Positions 32,831 through 46,440 of a stretch of 62,000 nucleotides of DNA are shown here, piece by piece. Each line of letters begins with the position of its first letter. Within the stretch, counting starts at the first letter, position 1. The notes below the pieces were generated by a model. The model did no database searches and was not told the DNA's origin. It saw only the letters and a list, made by a program, of their open reading frames with translations. The translations under genes were made by a program, and so were the position numbers. The stretch is from contig MU053156.1 of assembly GCA_013239625.1 (NCBI GenBank), positions 124,467 to 186,466 of the forward strand, given 5' to 3'. The DNA is from Lama guanicoe (Eukaryota).

Positions 32831-35800
32831 ACCCCAAGAGCTGCCCCTCATCCAGGGACAGGGCTGCCCTCCTGGTCCTCAGAGCTGACCCAAGCCTGGG
32901 GAAGACTTGGCGACCTACACAGCTATGCAGAAGATGCTGGCGTGATCGCCTTGTCCTCGGCCAGGGCATCCGAGCCCTCTTGCGCATCTGTAAGCTTCCT
33001 GTATTTATTCTAAATGACGGCGAGCCCAGTGGTTCGTGGTGGTTTATCTATTTCCTCCCAACCTTGCTCTGTGCGCACACTCTTTCTTCCAAGGTCACGT
33101 GTGACTCTGTGCTGGGCTGTTCTGCATTTTTCACTTTGCGTTGTTGGCTGCTGCAGCTGTTTCCAACTTCCCTGCCGCTACAAGGAACGCTGTGGCCACA
33201 CCGGGTCCACACGGCGGGCCTGCCGCACTGGTTCAGGCTCCACCAGCACGGATTCCGGGCGGGGCCCGCTGGGCTGAAGGTTCCACTCTGGCGACTCGGG
33301 TCGCTGAGACCCCAGCCCACCAAGCCTGCCTCCAGCCCGCCGCCCACGGACAGGGGACTTCTGTGCTGCTGGAGGGCGGCGGTGGGGCTGCTGTCGGGGG
33401 AGGGCGGGGAGGCTGGCGTTCCCCTGGCTCCAGGGCCCTCCTTCCTCTGAGTTTGCACCTGTTTCGGTGCTTCGGCTTCAGATAGGCTCCTGCTATGATA
33501 ATGCTATTAACTTTCTGTCACTTTAGTGTCAAAACTGCCCGATTCATTGTTTACCTTTTAACTGTACGTTCAGTCTGAGCCACCTGAGAGTTTAGATTCG
33601 CATGTCGCTGCCTTTGTTCTTAGAAAGTTCTTTCCCACGTGGCACTCGGTCAATATTTGCCTGCTGCTCCAGCCCCTCTCAGTGGCTCCAGTGCCTACGT
33701 CCGCCAGCCCCTTGCTGTCATCTCCAGGACTCTGAGGTCCCTCCCTCAGTAGCCTGAGTGCAGCTGCTGAGGGGACAGACAGAGGGCAGCTGTGGTGTCA
33801 GGACTGGGGACGAGCGGTTGGAGCTGAGGGGCTGAGGAGGGCGCAGAGCGAGCGGGGGACGCCAGCCAGCTCTCAGAGCCAGACTGCCATGGGGTGGGCA
33901 GGACTCGGGCAGGTAGCGGAGGGGCTGCTCTGCGGAGGCGTTTGGGGCACCTGGAGTGGGGGGAGGGCAGCAGGAGGGAGAGGTGGGCAGAGCCGGGGGC
34001 TGGACAGGGAGCCACTGAAGATGGAACGCCCTCCTCTGCCGGCAGCCCCACTGGCCTTGCTCCTGGGGCCTGGACGGAGGGGAGAGGTGTGGCTGAAGCA
34101 GGAGGGGTGGTACTTCTGGGTAGCGGCGGCAGGGCTGGGGGGATCCCTCTGCTTCCTGAAGACCTGAGGGCTCCTGGAGACAAGGCCCTGCCTTTGTTCG
34201 CACCTGGTGGAGGCACAGCTGGGTGACCATCCTGGTTGGAGTACCAGCTCTGCTGCTCATGGGAGGTGCCAGCCAAGCCTTGGTTTCTGCACCTGCAAAA
34301 TGGGAGGATGAGTCACTAAGGAAACACGTTTCCACATGGTGTACAGGAAGCACTCCCGGAATGTTCCAGAAGTTATTTCCTCCCAGCAGGGACTCTGGGG
34401 GACCCTTTGTTATAGGCTCTGACTTCCCAGGCTCTGACCCACGAGCTGCAGAAGCCAGATGGGCCCCACCCTCTCCTTCCTGGTTCCTGGTGGAAGAGGC
34501 ACCACGGGCCCTGTCAGCACAGATGTGACGCTCCCACCTCAGGACGCAGCCCCAAGGAGCTCCCAGTGAAAGGGCTGAGGCAGCTGCTGTGGCCCCTCCA
34601 AGGACTGAGCTCAGATGCAGATAGGACCCAGGGAGGGAGCTCTGTCCCAAGGCCCATGAGGGAGGCTTTTGAAGATGCTGCAGAGGTGTTATCAAGCCAG
34701 GCGTGGTGCAGGGTGCATGAGGCCAGGCTTCCACACGGCTGGGACAAGAAGGGGCCTGACCATGGTGGGCTGGCCAGTCCTGGCCCACAAAATCCGACAA
34801 TTTAGGGTCAGATGGAGAGACTGGCTGGGCTGGTCACAGAGAAGAAGGAGACTCAGAATCTCGCTACAAAGTCCCATGAGTCCCCAGTGTGATTGGACGC
34901 TGGCTCATATACCACCACTGGCCACATTAACAGAAGTCAGGGTCCAGAGGGAGGGAGGAGACAGGTCTGCTGGATGGCAAGGGCCCTGAAGCTGTGGCAG
35001 AAGTGGTCAGTATCAACTGGTCAGTACCCAAAGCTGGACATGGTCCTGGTGGCTGCCTGGGCCGAAGGCTGGGGGGTGACCCTCTGGAGTGACTGGTGGC
35101 CAGGAAGCAGCGCTGGGAGGAGAGTGTGAGGTTGTCTTGAGTCTGATCTGCTGTGACACAGAACCCCACACCAGGGGTGCGAGACGGCCCTGCCAGGAGC
35201 GGTGCCCTGAGCGGGAGTCAGTGAGCAGGCTGGCGGCTATCTGGAGCTGGGGCCGGCCTCTCCCCAACCGCTGAGAGGCAGCCCCATTAGCTCCGGGGCA
35301 GAGCTAGAGCCACATTCAGGTCAATGGTCAGAGAGGAGGGTGGGCCCCAGCCTTGCCGAGTTCATCATCAGCCTCCATTAGCTCTCGACCTGTAGCCCAC
35401 GCGGGCGCCTATCTCTTAGTACTGCTAATTGTGAGGACTGGGTGACCCTTCTGGCCTCTGTCACCAGGGCCTCAGCCACTGCCCTGTGGAGGTCGGTGGG
35501 GACGGGGAGTGGGGAGGAGGAGGGGCGAGGAGGCGCAGTTGGGCAGTGCCTCTAGCAGCCCCAGCTCCCACTGAAGGGGCCGGATTGGCCCAGGCTCCTC
35601 TGCTCTGCGAGCATTTTGTCCACTGGCCTGGAATCACCAGGGCTCTTGGAGCCCTTGTCTTGCCTTGCGCTAAGGGGTTTAACAGTAGACTGCTGGGTAG
35701 AGGGTCCGCACGGTGGGGCTCTGAGGGTGGGCCCTGCCCCTCCCTGGCCACTTCATCAGCTGCCTCAGGACTGCCCCCTTTGCCCACATCCCACATCCCG

Positions 35801-38800
35801 CCCGGGCCACGTCAAGGTGGTAGACTCAGCCAACAAACTTTCTCTGCGTGGCTGGGACTGACTGGAACCTCCAGGACATCACTGTCCGCCTGTCTTCACT
35901 GGGACACAGGCTGGGCTGGAGTTCCGGGGGTTGTGTGTGTCCCCACCTCCGGCCGGCTGGGGCGCCCTGGGCAGGTGCTGGCCCTTGCCTGGCTGCATCC
36001 CAGGCTCCAGAGCTAACGGGGTGGAGTTGGGGTGCATGGCTCTGCTTCCCAAAGGCACGGCTAGGCCAGCCTCTTCCACCCCCTGCGCTGGGTGTGACGG
36101 AGTTCCCCTGCTTGTTCGCCTGCACAGGTCCTGCACCTGCGCTTCCCGGCTGCTTGACCCTGAAGAAGCCATGGTCCTCCCCTGTGGGCTGGGCTCCAGG
36201 GCTCATCCGGAACATTCCACCAGGCACAGACTGAAGCACAGCTCCTGAGCCCTGGGCAGGTCCAAAGTCAGCCTGCGTGGGCGGGGGCCTCACCAGCGGC
36301 TGTTATGATGGGGGCAGACCTCTCGTCGTCGCCCCAGGACACAACCAGCTGCTGATTTACAAGTTTAACAGCAGAGGGCCCCGCGGGCTGCCCAGGGTGC
36401 TCCGTGCTGGCTCCGGGGCCCAGGCAGGGCTGCCGTCTCCGGTGCCCGCCTGCTCCCTGTCTGCCAGCAGAACCAAGCCAAGAGGAGATTTATCTTCCCC
36501 GACTTTACGAGGTACTAGCAGAGAGAAGGCTGAGAGGCAGGAGCTAAATAATTGATGGCCCCAGCTCTACGAAATCAGCGAGGCAACCTCAGCTGGGTGT
36601 GAGGGGAGGGGATGCCGAGTGCTGACTGCAGAAAGCTCAAAACCAGACAGAGGGCTGAGGGACCCCGACTCAGGACCCAAGGGTTCCCAAGAGCAGAGCT
36701 CAGAGGATCCCAGGGCTGAGCTCTCCTACCCACTCATGCCTGTCCATCCCTGTCAGCTGGATTACTGCTACCCTGACGTGGGTTGGATGTGGTCCCTGCC
36801 CTGGCCCTGGGCTCTGCTCAGAGTGTGGGCCCCCAGCAGCCCTCTCTCGGCATCCTTGACCTCCCTCTGAGCAGTGTCCCCTGCCCCACCCTCACCTGAA
36901 CACGCCTGTCCTCACCCCGCCTCCTCCCCATGTGCTCTCTTCTCGGTCTCATCCTGGCCCTCGTCTCCTGTAGCCTGGGGACCACTCTCCTGCTCGAGGG
37001 CTGTGCACTCCCAAGGAGACAGCCTGGTAGGGGTGGGGGGCTGGCTTGGGCTGCCAGGGCCTGGGAGCAGGAGCGACACCGCCGGGGCCAGCAGGCCCCT
37101 GGGTGAGAGCCCAGACCATGCTGAGGCGGGATGTGCCCCTCCCTGAGCCGCTTTCTTTCCTGGTGACAGTGATGGTGTCAGTGACCACACGTTTGGCGCC
37201 TAAGGTGGCATCCTCCAGGGAGGGGAGGCCCTCAAAGCCGCCTGCCCTCCCTCCCATCTCTAGCTCACTTTTCACTCTCCCAAAGCTAGCCGGGCTCTTT
37301 ACACTAGAGGGATTTTATTTGCGTTTTTATTAAATGAAAGTTTGCTATCCTCCCTCCTGGCCAGGCTGACCTGGGGTTGGGAGGGTCGCATGGTAGCGCT
37401 CAGGGCAGGGGGCTGTGGGGGCGAGGTAAGGAGGCCCCCCCAGGCTGCCCCCGGGCTCTGCCTCAGTGTCCCCTCCAGGCCTGGGCCTGTGTTCAGGCCC
37501 CAGGACAGGACCTGGCTGGCAGGACCAGCTGCTGGAATGGATGTGATAATATGACACAAATCACGCCTCCCACGGGCGGGGTCCCAGACAGGTAGAGGGT
37601 CACAGCCACACAGGGACCTCACCCTTTCCTGTGGGCCGTCGTGGCCCCATGCGTGGCCTGGGGGCTTCCTGTGGTCCCTGGGGCTGAACCGGCTGCTGAG
37701 CGGGAGCAAACCCTTCCTTGATTTGTTTTCAGTTAACACTTCTTTTAGTGCCGGCTCCCATCAGCCTCCACTTCACAGCCGGGCACCCTCTCGGTCCCGA
37801 GTTATCTGCCGAGAACTTGCTCAAATATAAGCAGCTTTGCTGCTTTCCAAACACAGCTAATCCAGTTTGGGTTCAGGGACTGGAGGTGCCGTGCCGGTCA
37901 GTGGACCATCCCCGGGGTTGGGGGTGGGGTGGGTCGTCACCTGTCTCTCCTCGTGGCCCCGGGGCCTCCTGGTGGGCAGCTGTGAGGCACTGCAGAGGCC
38001 AAGCAGGCCTCTACCCTGGGCACCCACCCCCTCGTGTCACTGTCCCCCATCCACACACCCTGGGTGATGGGCAGCGTGGTGCTCCGTGCTGCCCTAGTCT
38101 GACGGACGTTTCCTGAAGGACCAGCAGGGCCAGGGCTGGGGTGGGGCCTGTGCTGTGGGACCTTGGTACCACGGGGGCCAGGGCCGACCCCCTCCTCAAC
38201 CTGAGACTCCAGCTGACCCGCTCCGCCTATGGCTCAGCCCCGGCCTCGGACCCTCAGCCCACCCAGCACAGCTGGCTGCACCTGGACGACAGTGAGTGGA
38301 ACTCTGACTGGGGCCTTCGAAGGCCTTCTCACTGAGTTACCCACCCGCCCGCGGCAGAAACCACAAAACTAACCAGAACACACACAACCCCCAGGTGACG
38401 GATTCAATTCAATTCCACAAATATTGACCGCCGTCTAATCCACTGCCCTCCAGCGCCAGCTCTTTCCTCTGAGGTGCCGAGCGTGGCAGCTGAATCAACC
38501 CATTTAATCCAGGCCCCCAAATGTGACAGTGTCGCTTGGTCACGGTGCGGGCGCTGAGGCCTGGCCAGGCCCCCAGCACGTGGGGCTGGAGCTGGGGTCT
38601 GACCTCTGCACCTAGGTTGCCCTTGACAGCCATGGCATGTGCCCAGGGTGGAATGGGGGCTCAGGCCAGTTAAGGGTCTACCTTGCCTGCCGGGCTGGGG
38701 ACCCAGGCTGGGGAGGGGCCCGGAGCTCTGCCTGGACCCAGGGGACAGCGAGGGAAGCCTGGTTGCTGCCCAGAGTCCAGGCCCCTGTGGGTCTCCTCAA

Positions 38801-41800
38801 TAGGGCCTGGTGGCTGGACGGGGACCTGAACAAAGCCACCCCTTGCAAGGGTCCCTTCCCTGCAGCAGATGGGCCCCAATGCTCCAGGGCACACAGACGT
38901 ACCTGAGGCCCCTCCTACCCTGTCACAGCAGCTATTCTGCTCTGGGGCTTCTGCCCCTTGGATATTCAGATGTTTTGTCTGGGACCTGGACACTCTGTGT
39001 GGCGTCCAGGCCTGGAGTGGAGGGGAGAGGGTCAGGGAAGGGTCAAGAAGGGGAGGATCTGGGGGCACAGTGCCTCAGCTGGGCCATGCGTGGACCCCTC
39101 ATGTGTGTGGGGGCTCAGGGCTGGGAACACTGCAGGGTGGAGTCTGAACTGGGTCTGCAGGCGGCCTGGAATCGGTTCCTGCTCAGACATAGGAGGGGCC
39201 GTCCTTGTGCTCTGGAGGCCTCCCTGAGCCTCGCCCCTGAAATACCTGAGCAACGGAAGGCGTATCTGCATGTGTCTCGGGCCCACCTGTGCGAGTCCAC
39301 CTCTCCCCAGCTGAGGCTGGAGTGGCCCTGGCAGACAGTGAGCCTGGGCCATACTGTGTGTGTGAGGACGGTGGTGGGGGGTGAGGCCAGCACGGCCCCT
39401 GCCTCCTCAGAGCCCTGATATGCCAGCCAGCCTCTGCTGGGCACCATAACTCCGTGATGACCCCCGGCACCAGGAAATTCATCAGAAATGGAACTGATGG
39501 ATTAAAGTGGAACGAGGAGAATTGATTTTTCTCCCTGGGCACTTAAACACTGCTCTCAATCAGGCCATCAGCTCCCAGGCGGGGGTGGCCCTTGGGACAG
39601 AAGCAGGGTCTCCCAGCTTAGGCTGGGAGAGCTGAGGCCTGGCTCCCTAGGACAGGGCACCAGGGTGAATGGCCCACTGCTCACCTGAGCTAGCGCCTAG
39701 GATGGGCGAGAGGTCGGGTGCCCATGACTCCAGGTCACATGTGATTCCCGCCAGGCTCGGACCTTGTGCCTGGAGGCTCTGGTCTCTGAGCTCTGGGTGT
39801 TTGAGCCACAGGAGGCAGTTGGGGAGAGGGGTTGGACCCAACCCCAGCCCTGACCCCACGGTCTACCAGCATGGTGGCCTCTACCCGGCCCCCTCCCCAT
39901 GCCCATCCCTCTTCACGACCAGGAAGGCCTGGGTGTTCTGTGATGATCAGACAGTGGGGATAGCCTGAGACCCCAGGCTGTCCCCCAACACTGTGGGGCC
40001 ATGGCCTTCTGAGTCATCCAAGAAACTGTACTCGTGTGTGTGTGTGTGTGAATTATGAGAGAGAGTGAGTCCGTGTGCGTGTGTGCGCCCTGATGGGGAA
40101 ATGCCAGCTCCACTCCACACTGGGCCCACAGGGGACACAGCCCAGGGCCTGTCCTGGGGATCTTGGCCTCCTCCAGCCAGTGTCCACTGTCTTTAGAGCA
40201 AATGGGCACCGTGCTGAGCTCACTGTGCGTTTGGGGGGAGAAGCAGCCCGTTGGCAGGGGCTTTTCACACACACAAAACAGCTCTGAGAGCCAGCGGATG
40301 TTTGCAGGCACTAGTTCAGTCGGTGGGAAGATCTCAGTTCCAAGGTGCAGAGCCTGCGGCTGAGCAGTGCCGGGGGCTGGGAAGGAGGGTCCTGGCCAGG
40401 AAAGTGGCGAGTCCGACCCCCGGGGCTGTGCTGCCAGGGAGTAGATCAGGGCCCCACGCATGTCTGACTGGGTCTGGGGGCCGCGGGCTGAGGTCCTGTG
40501 TGCGCTTGGCTTGTGCACTTGCTTCCGCAGCCCCGGCGGGACAGCTCATGGCCCCGCCCCATGGCCTGGACACCATCAGTGACCCCACTCCCCACCAGGC
40601 AGCAGGACCGCAGATGCCCAGCCATCATGCCTCTGGGCGCTGGTGGGAAGAAGGGAGCTCTCTTTCCAGTTTGGACGCCCCCTACCCTCGCCCGCACGCC
40701 CACCTCCCTCACAGCTATTCCAGCAGCTTCGGGCAGGCGGCTGGCTCCGTTGGCGTTTTGGAAAGCGGCCGCTTGAGGCAGGGAGGGCCCCCCATGCTCC
40801 TGGGGGGGCCCATCCGGCTGGGGGGCCGCGCCTCGCCCCTGCACGCCCAGGCTCTTGGCTCCCTCGGGCAGCCTTCTTGCCTGGCGCGCCCCTGGCCACC
40901 GCCCGCCCTCCGCGGGTGTGATATTCCGCCGCGGTGCTCTCCTCACCAGCTTGTGTCTCACGCAGGGGATGTTTCCATTTTTACAGCAGAAAGCAGCGGA
41001 TTCCAAGTGCCTCAGCCACAGCCGGAGCGCGGCGGCCCCCGGGGAGCTGCTGCCACGTCAGGTGCTTTGGAGGAGCGGGCTGCTCTGCCAGCCGCAGCCC
41101 TAATTGCTGTCACTCAGGGAGCTGGCTCCAGCCTGGGGTGGCAGCGTGACCGGTGGCACTGGTGGGCAGGGAGGGTCTCGGGGCAATCGGGCCCCTAAAT
41201 ATCCACGACAGGGTGGAATCAACTCTGGGGGTAGCGGGTGCGAATCCCACCTCCCCGGAATGGCTGTGCCATCTGTCGCCATGCTGCACCCCTGTGCCTC
41301 AGTGTCCCTTCATTAAATGGGTTGTAATCTCTGTGTGAGGAGGAGGCCGGGCCCCCTACCCTCTCCAGGCCTCTAGCCTCTGCCTGTCCTGTGTCACTGT
41401 TCTCGGCAGGCAAGAAGCCCACTGGGGGTCTGGGACCTGCTGTGCTGTTGGGCGGGGCTGTGTCCTTCAAGGCGGGGTCTCTCTCACACACAGGATGTGA
41501 GTGTCCTTCCCCGAGTGACCGAGTCTGTAGCTTCAGTGCTTCCCAGGGCCTGGCCTGGTGCCCTGAGGAGGCCCGGCCTGGACGCCGTCCTCCCGCACCC
41601 CTAACTAGTTCCATATGGGGATCGGCTCCCACGATGCTCTGAATACGGGATACATGGGGGCTGGTCCTCAGGGCAGCCACCAAACACACGTTCACATATC
41701 TGTCTGTATGTGTACACACAGTACAGGCACACACACACGGGGGTGGGGCTGGTGGCAGGAAGGCCAGGTGGCGCCTGGGGATGTCAGGCCTAGTGGCAAG

Positions 41801-44254
41801 TTGGGGCTTGTGCCCTCCCTGTGCCCAAGAGGCCTGTGCAGAGGCAGGGAGCCCATGGAGCCAGGATTTAGAACCCAAGCTGGGGATTCGAATCCCATCT
41901 GAGGCCCAGGGGTGTTGGGAGGTCCTTCCACCTGTGACATCCAGACACCCACTGCCCCTCCGAAGCAGCTCAGTGACTCCGGGCCCCGCTGCTTGTCCAC
42001 CCAGTCATCCTGTAGGTGACGAGGCTGGTCAGGGGGGCCTCGCTGGTGCCCACCAGGCCCGAGGACACACCCTATCCCCCAGAGGACCACCTGACAGCCT
42101 GTCCTCCTGGCCGGCCTCCCTGCTCGGTGCTGGCTGTGCTGCAGGAGCCCTTTTCCTCTGCCAGAGACCCTTCACAGGGATTGGCCACCAAGACTGTGGC
42201 TCTGAGAGTTTCCCAGGATGCACCTGTAGAAGGCAGTTGTCCCCTGGCTTATCCTGCTTACTCACGCCCTGGCCTCCCTCTGTCTCAGCTCTGGCCCAGC
42301 CCTGCCCCACCTCTGGCCTGGGCCCTGGGGGTCCCCCACATCCTTTCTCAACCCACTGGGCCTTCGGGCCGGCTGGGTGCACAGTTCCTTGCTGTCAAAC
42401 ACGTGCTCCCACCCAGCAGCCTGGGCGGGGGGCACATACATACCTGCTCCTGCCCACTCTGCCTGAAGACATGGGACCCACCTCTGCCCAGCACTGCTCT
42501 GGGCCCACCTCACTCCCCAGCTCTCGGCCCCCAGGTCCCCCGGCCCTGAGTGCCCAGGGCTGAGCCCCCAACAGCCCCATGGCTTCTCTGATGACTGACT
42601 TTCCAGTCGATTCCTGCCTGCTCTGCCGCTGTCCCTCCATCCCGTCTGCCACGGTGGAGGAGACAGGTTCTCCTGCCTGTCGAGCCCAGGATGGGGAGGC
42701 CCCAAGGGAAATCCCGGCTGCAGAGCCTCACTGGTAATCACTCTACTTAGCCCTCAGCGGCCCTGGCCTCAGAGACGCCGTCCTTGCCTGACAGGGCAGC
42801 TGGGTCCTCCCAGGGTGACTGCCCTCCGGCCCGGGGAGGGGTGCCTGGACACCCCTGCCTGGCAGAGCTCGGGCCTCCAGCACCTCCACGCCCCCTGGTG
42901 TCTGTGCCACCCTGAGGAGCTGGTGGTCCCTGGGAGGCTTCCACCTTCTGCACCCAGGCCCCACCTGACAGGGAAGAGCTGGTCCAGGGGGATGGGCCCC
43001 TGGGCCCCTGCCTGCCCCACACCGGCTGGTGGTGTCTCATAACCCCTCCACCTCCCCGTGAAGTCGCCCTGGGCCGCGTGCTTTAAATGCAGGTCTTACT
43101 ATTGTTGTTCAGGTATCGCAAAGCCAGGATCAGGAGATGAGCGTTTGAGAGGATAATTATTCGCAGATCTCAAGTGGGTCGGTTGGCACACAGAGGGAGA
43201 GGGGATCGTGGGCAGGAGCCTTTATTGTGGTTTCTGAGGGAAGGAACAGAGTGATGGGGGAGCAGGCTCAGGACCTGCTGGCTGGAGTAACTTCATGGCT
43301 CTGGGGTACTGGGACTGTCCCTCGTTGTCTAGTACCTGGCCCTGGGTGACTAGGGCAGGTGGGCAGTGGCCGGGGTGTGGGAGCCCCGTGGTGGGGCTTG
43401 GGGTGGGCTCTGAAATGGCTGGTTTGTGTGAAATGTGCAAACTGGGGAGCTGTTTGCTCTCTCCTGGGGCTAGGGAATTGGCTGGCCTGGGGCTGGGGGT
43501 GGGAACAGTCCCTCCAGGCTCAGCAAGGACCCAAGGGACAAAGCATCAGAACACAGAAAATAAAAGGCACGGTTAACACTGTGCTGCTGGGAAGGCCCAG
43601 GGCAGGGGTGGGGGTACCCACAGGGGCTCACAGCCCAGGCCCCTGTCTGCCGGGACCCTGGGGCCCACCCTGGCTGCCTGCGCACTGAGCCACCCAGGCC
43701 TGTCACCCGCTGAGACCCCTAGGGCCAGCGATCTACCGGAGGGGGGGGCGGTTTGAGGCGGAGCCTGAGAGGACAGGCCCCCGTTTCAGGTCTGGTTCCT
43801 CCTGGCAGCCGGCAGGCCTGCCTTCACATGTTTTCTGGTTCTTGTGGCTTTTCATGACAACTTTGGTTTGAGGAAATTTAGGAAGTGTGAGAAAGAGGAG
43901 CCCCCCACCCCCAGAGGGCACCTCTGTGACACAGGGCGCTTTCTGCAGAGGCGAGGGCACGGTGTTCAGCGGCTTTGTCCGTTCTGAGGGTCCGCCGTCC
44001 AGGAAGATGCTGTGCGGGGCAGTGCTGGATCCGCCTTGGTCTCCAGCTCCGTGGGCCCTGTTTTATGTTTTCCCCTCGTTTTAACTGGAATGACCCACGT
44101 CCTGAGTTAAAGCTTGCATAATCAGGACAGCCTCTCCGCAGGTGACCCTGCTCAGTAAACCTCGAATGAAGCAGGGAACTATTTTTACATATTTTAAACA
44201 AGTTACTGGCATACAGACGCACAATGTTGGGGGGTGTTTTAGAGGGAGATATTC

Positions 44255-44556
44255 TTTTTTTTTCTTTAATGTGGTAAAATATATCTAACAAAAAGATAGC
44301 ATTCTAACCATTTCCAAGTGCAAAGAACAGCAGCATTAAGTACATTCACACTGCTGTGCAGCCGCCACCGCCGTCACCACCGTCACCTCCAGAACGTCTC
44401 ATCCTCTCAAACTGACACTGTCCCTGTTAAACACTGAGTGCTGCCCCCGCCCCCAGCCCGTGGCCACCTCCATCCTACTTTCTGTCTCTGGATCTGTGGA
44501 CTCCGGGGACGAGCGGAATCACGCAGTATTTGTCCTTTTGTGTCTGGCCTATTTCA
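44255..44556 (-). mobile_element. L1MB-type 3' end
   Basis: Poly-T followed by taatgtggtaaaatatat...aaccatttccaagtgca...gcattaagtacattcacactgctgtgcagcc...ctactttctgtctct...ggaatcacgcagtatttgtccttttgtgtctggcctatttcac. Confidence 0.85.
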
Positions 44557-46019
44557 CCCTCTGTTTTATGCCTTTTGCTGCTGGCATTTTGGCTTTCTGT
44601 GTTCCATGGCGACGGGCGGTAAGGTGGATAGAGGCCTGCTCTTAACTCCTCGGACTCGGGTCTGTTTTCAGACACTCCGGCATCTCTGGTTCTCCAGTCA
44701 CCAGGCATCTGTGATGAAGCGCTACGTGCTGCTTCCCACCCTGCAGACTCTGGCCTGATGTCTCAGGGGCATCGGGACTGAGCCGGCGCCCCGGGGCTTT
44801 GCGCCTCTCCAGCCCAGCCCTGCGTTAACAGAACCTCAGCACTGACTCTCGTGGGCCGAGTGCCCAGGCTCTGCTGCGAACCCCCTAGGCCCAGGGAAGC
44901 ATCTCAGGACAGCAGGGGCTCCAGGCTGGCCTCAGGACTACGGGGGTGAACTGTTCCTGGGACAGAGTGCTCAGGAGGCCCCCTAGCCCCTGCTGCCATT
45001 CCCTCCACAGACAACCTTCACAGCTGATGGGTCCTCAGGCTGGACCTCCAGATCAGGTGGAGAGAGGGGCTCTGCCTCCTGCTTCAGCATGAGGAAGTCC
45101 AGGGAGGCATCTTGATTAGGTCGCATGACTCTCCCTCTGCCCAGTCCCCATGATGAGGCCAGGAGGAGGGGGTCCAGTGACTGGCCGAGCAGAGCTCAGA
45201 ACCCCCCCTCCACAGCTGAGACACCGACCACCCAACAGTGCTATCCCCTGCAGAGCTGCCAGCCCCTCTTTGCAGAGAAGGTGGACTTGGGGGGCGTGGA
45301 CAGCCTGAAACTGGGCTGGCACTCAGCCTCCTGAGGACTTGAACCCGGGCTCTGTGCTTCAAGGCAGAGGAACCGAGGCCCAGAGGTAGAGTCACCGGGT
45401 CACACAGCAAGCTGCGTCAAGTCACGGAGTGGATGAGCAGTCAGCCCACGCATACCGCCTCCTCTAGGAAGCCTTCCTGGCTTGGCCTAGCTGGGCCTGG
45501 GGTGCCCACCACCAGATGTCATCTCTGGTGGAGACATAGACACCTGTCCCTGGTGTCCAGGACGGGACATGTGCTCAGTGCACAGTTGCTGGATTTAGTT
45601 GGCAACCCCATGCCCAGGAGGTTTGTGGGTTAATGGTTGTGGCTGGGCTGGCTCCCCTGCTGTTGTCCCGCCACTGGTCCTCTCCCCATCATGCCGGCTC
45701 TCCTGGGTCCCTGCTGGTCTCTCTGCCGCAACCTTGCAGTTCTCCCTCCTCGAGTTGGGGCCGCACAGGCAGGGCAGGGCCTGCTTCTTCAGCAGGCACT
45801 ATGGATGGGCCTGCAGGGAGGGGCCGACCTCTGGGTGCCCAGGGCCATGTGCGCCCCCGGCCTGGAGCACGGGCTGGCCCAGGGTCGCCTCATTAGAGCC
45901 GACGCAGAACCTGTTTTGTAAATGATGAACATTTGTGAGTGTTTATGGAGGCCCGGCGTGACTGGCGTGTGCTGTCGATGATTCAGGGGGAGCACGGGGA
46001 AACGACAAGACGGGAACCC

Positions 46020-46440
46020 AAAGAAATGCCCTGTTACGGAGATTTACGCCCGTCTTAAATAGTAGAGATTAATTTTTTGAAAACATCTATAAAATAGGAG
46101 ATTTATACCTAAAACAATACCGTGCAGTATGACAGGAAGGGATTAGAGTCAATTTATTCATGTATTAGTCAAAAACTCAATTTCATATATTGGGCAGAAA
46201 ATTAAACCCTTTCTGCATTTTATTACAAATTATGCATTCTCCATATATGGAGATAAATAATTGATAGAGTTACAAATACTTAATCTAGAAAATGTTTATT
46301 AAGAGCAGACAACTCATTTCTCACGTTTTGTTGAGGACAATATCGCACACTTTAAAAAATTAATGACAACTTCTCACAAGAAAAAAACGTCTACATCCGA
46401 ATTACTTTGTTCAGTGTCACGTAAGAGCCGAGGAAAGGTG
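46020..46440. promoter_or_regulatory. AT-rich non-repetitive island, candidate conserved enhancer
   Basis: About 400 bp of AT-rich unique sequence in a GC-rich background, with many TAAT/ATTA, GGATTA, TTTAT and GATTTACG motifs. Function is inferred only. Confidence 0.45.
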
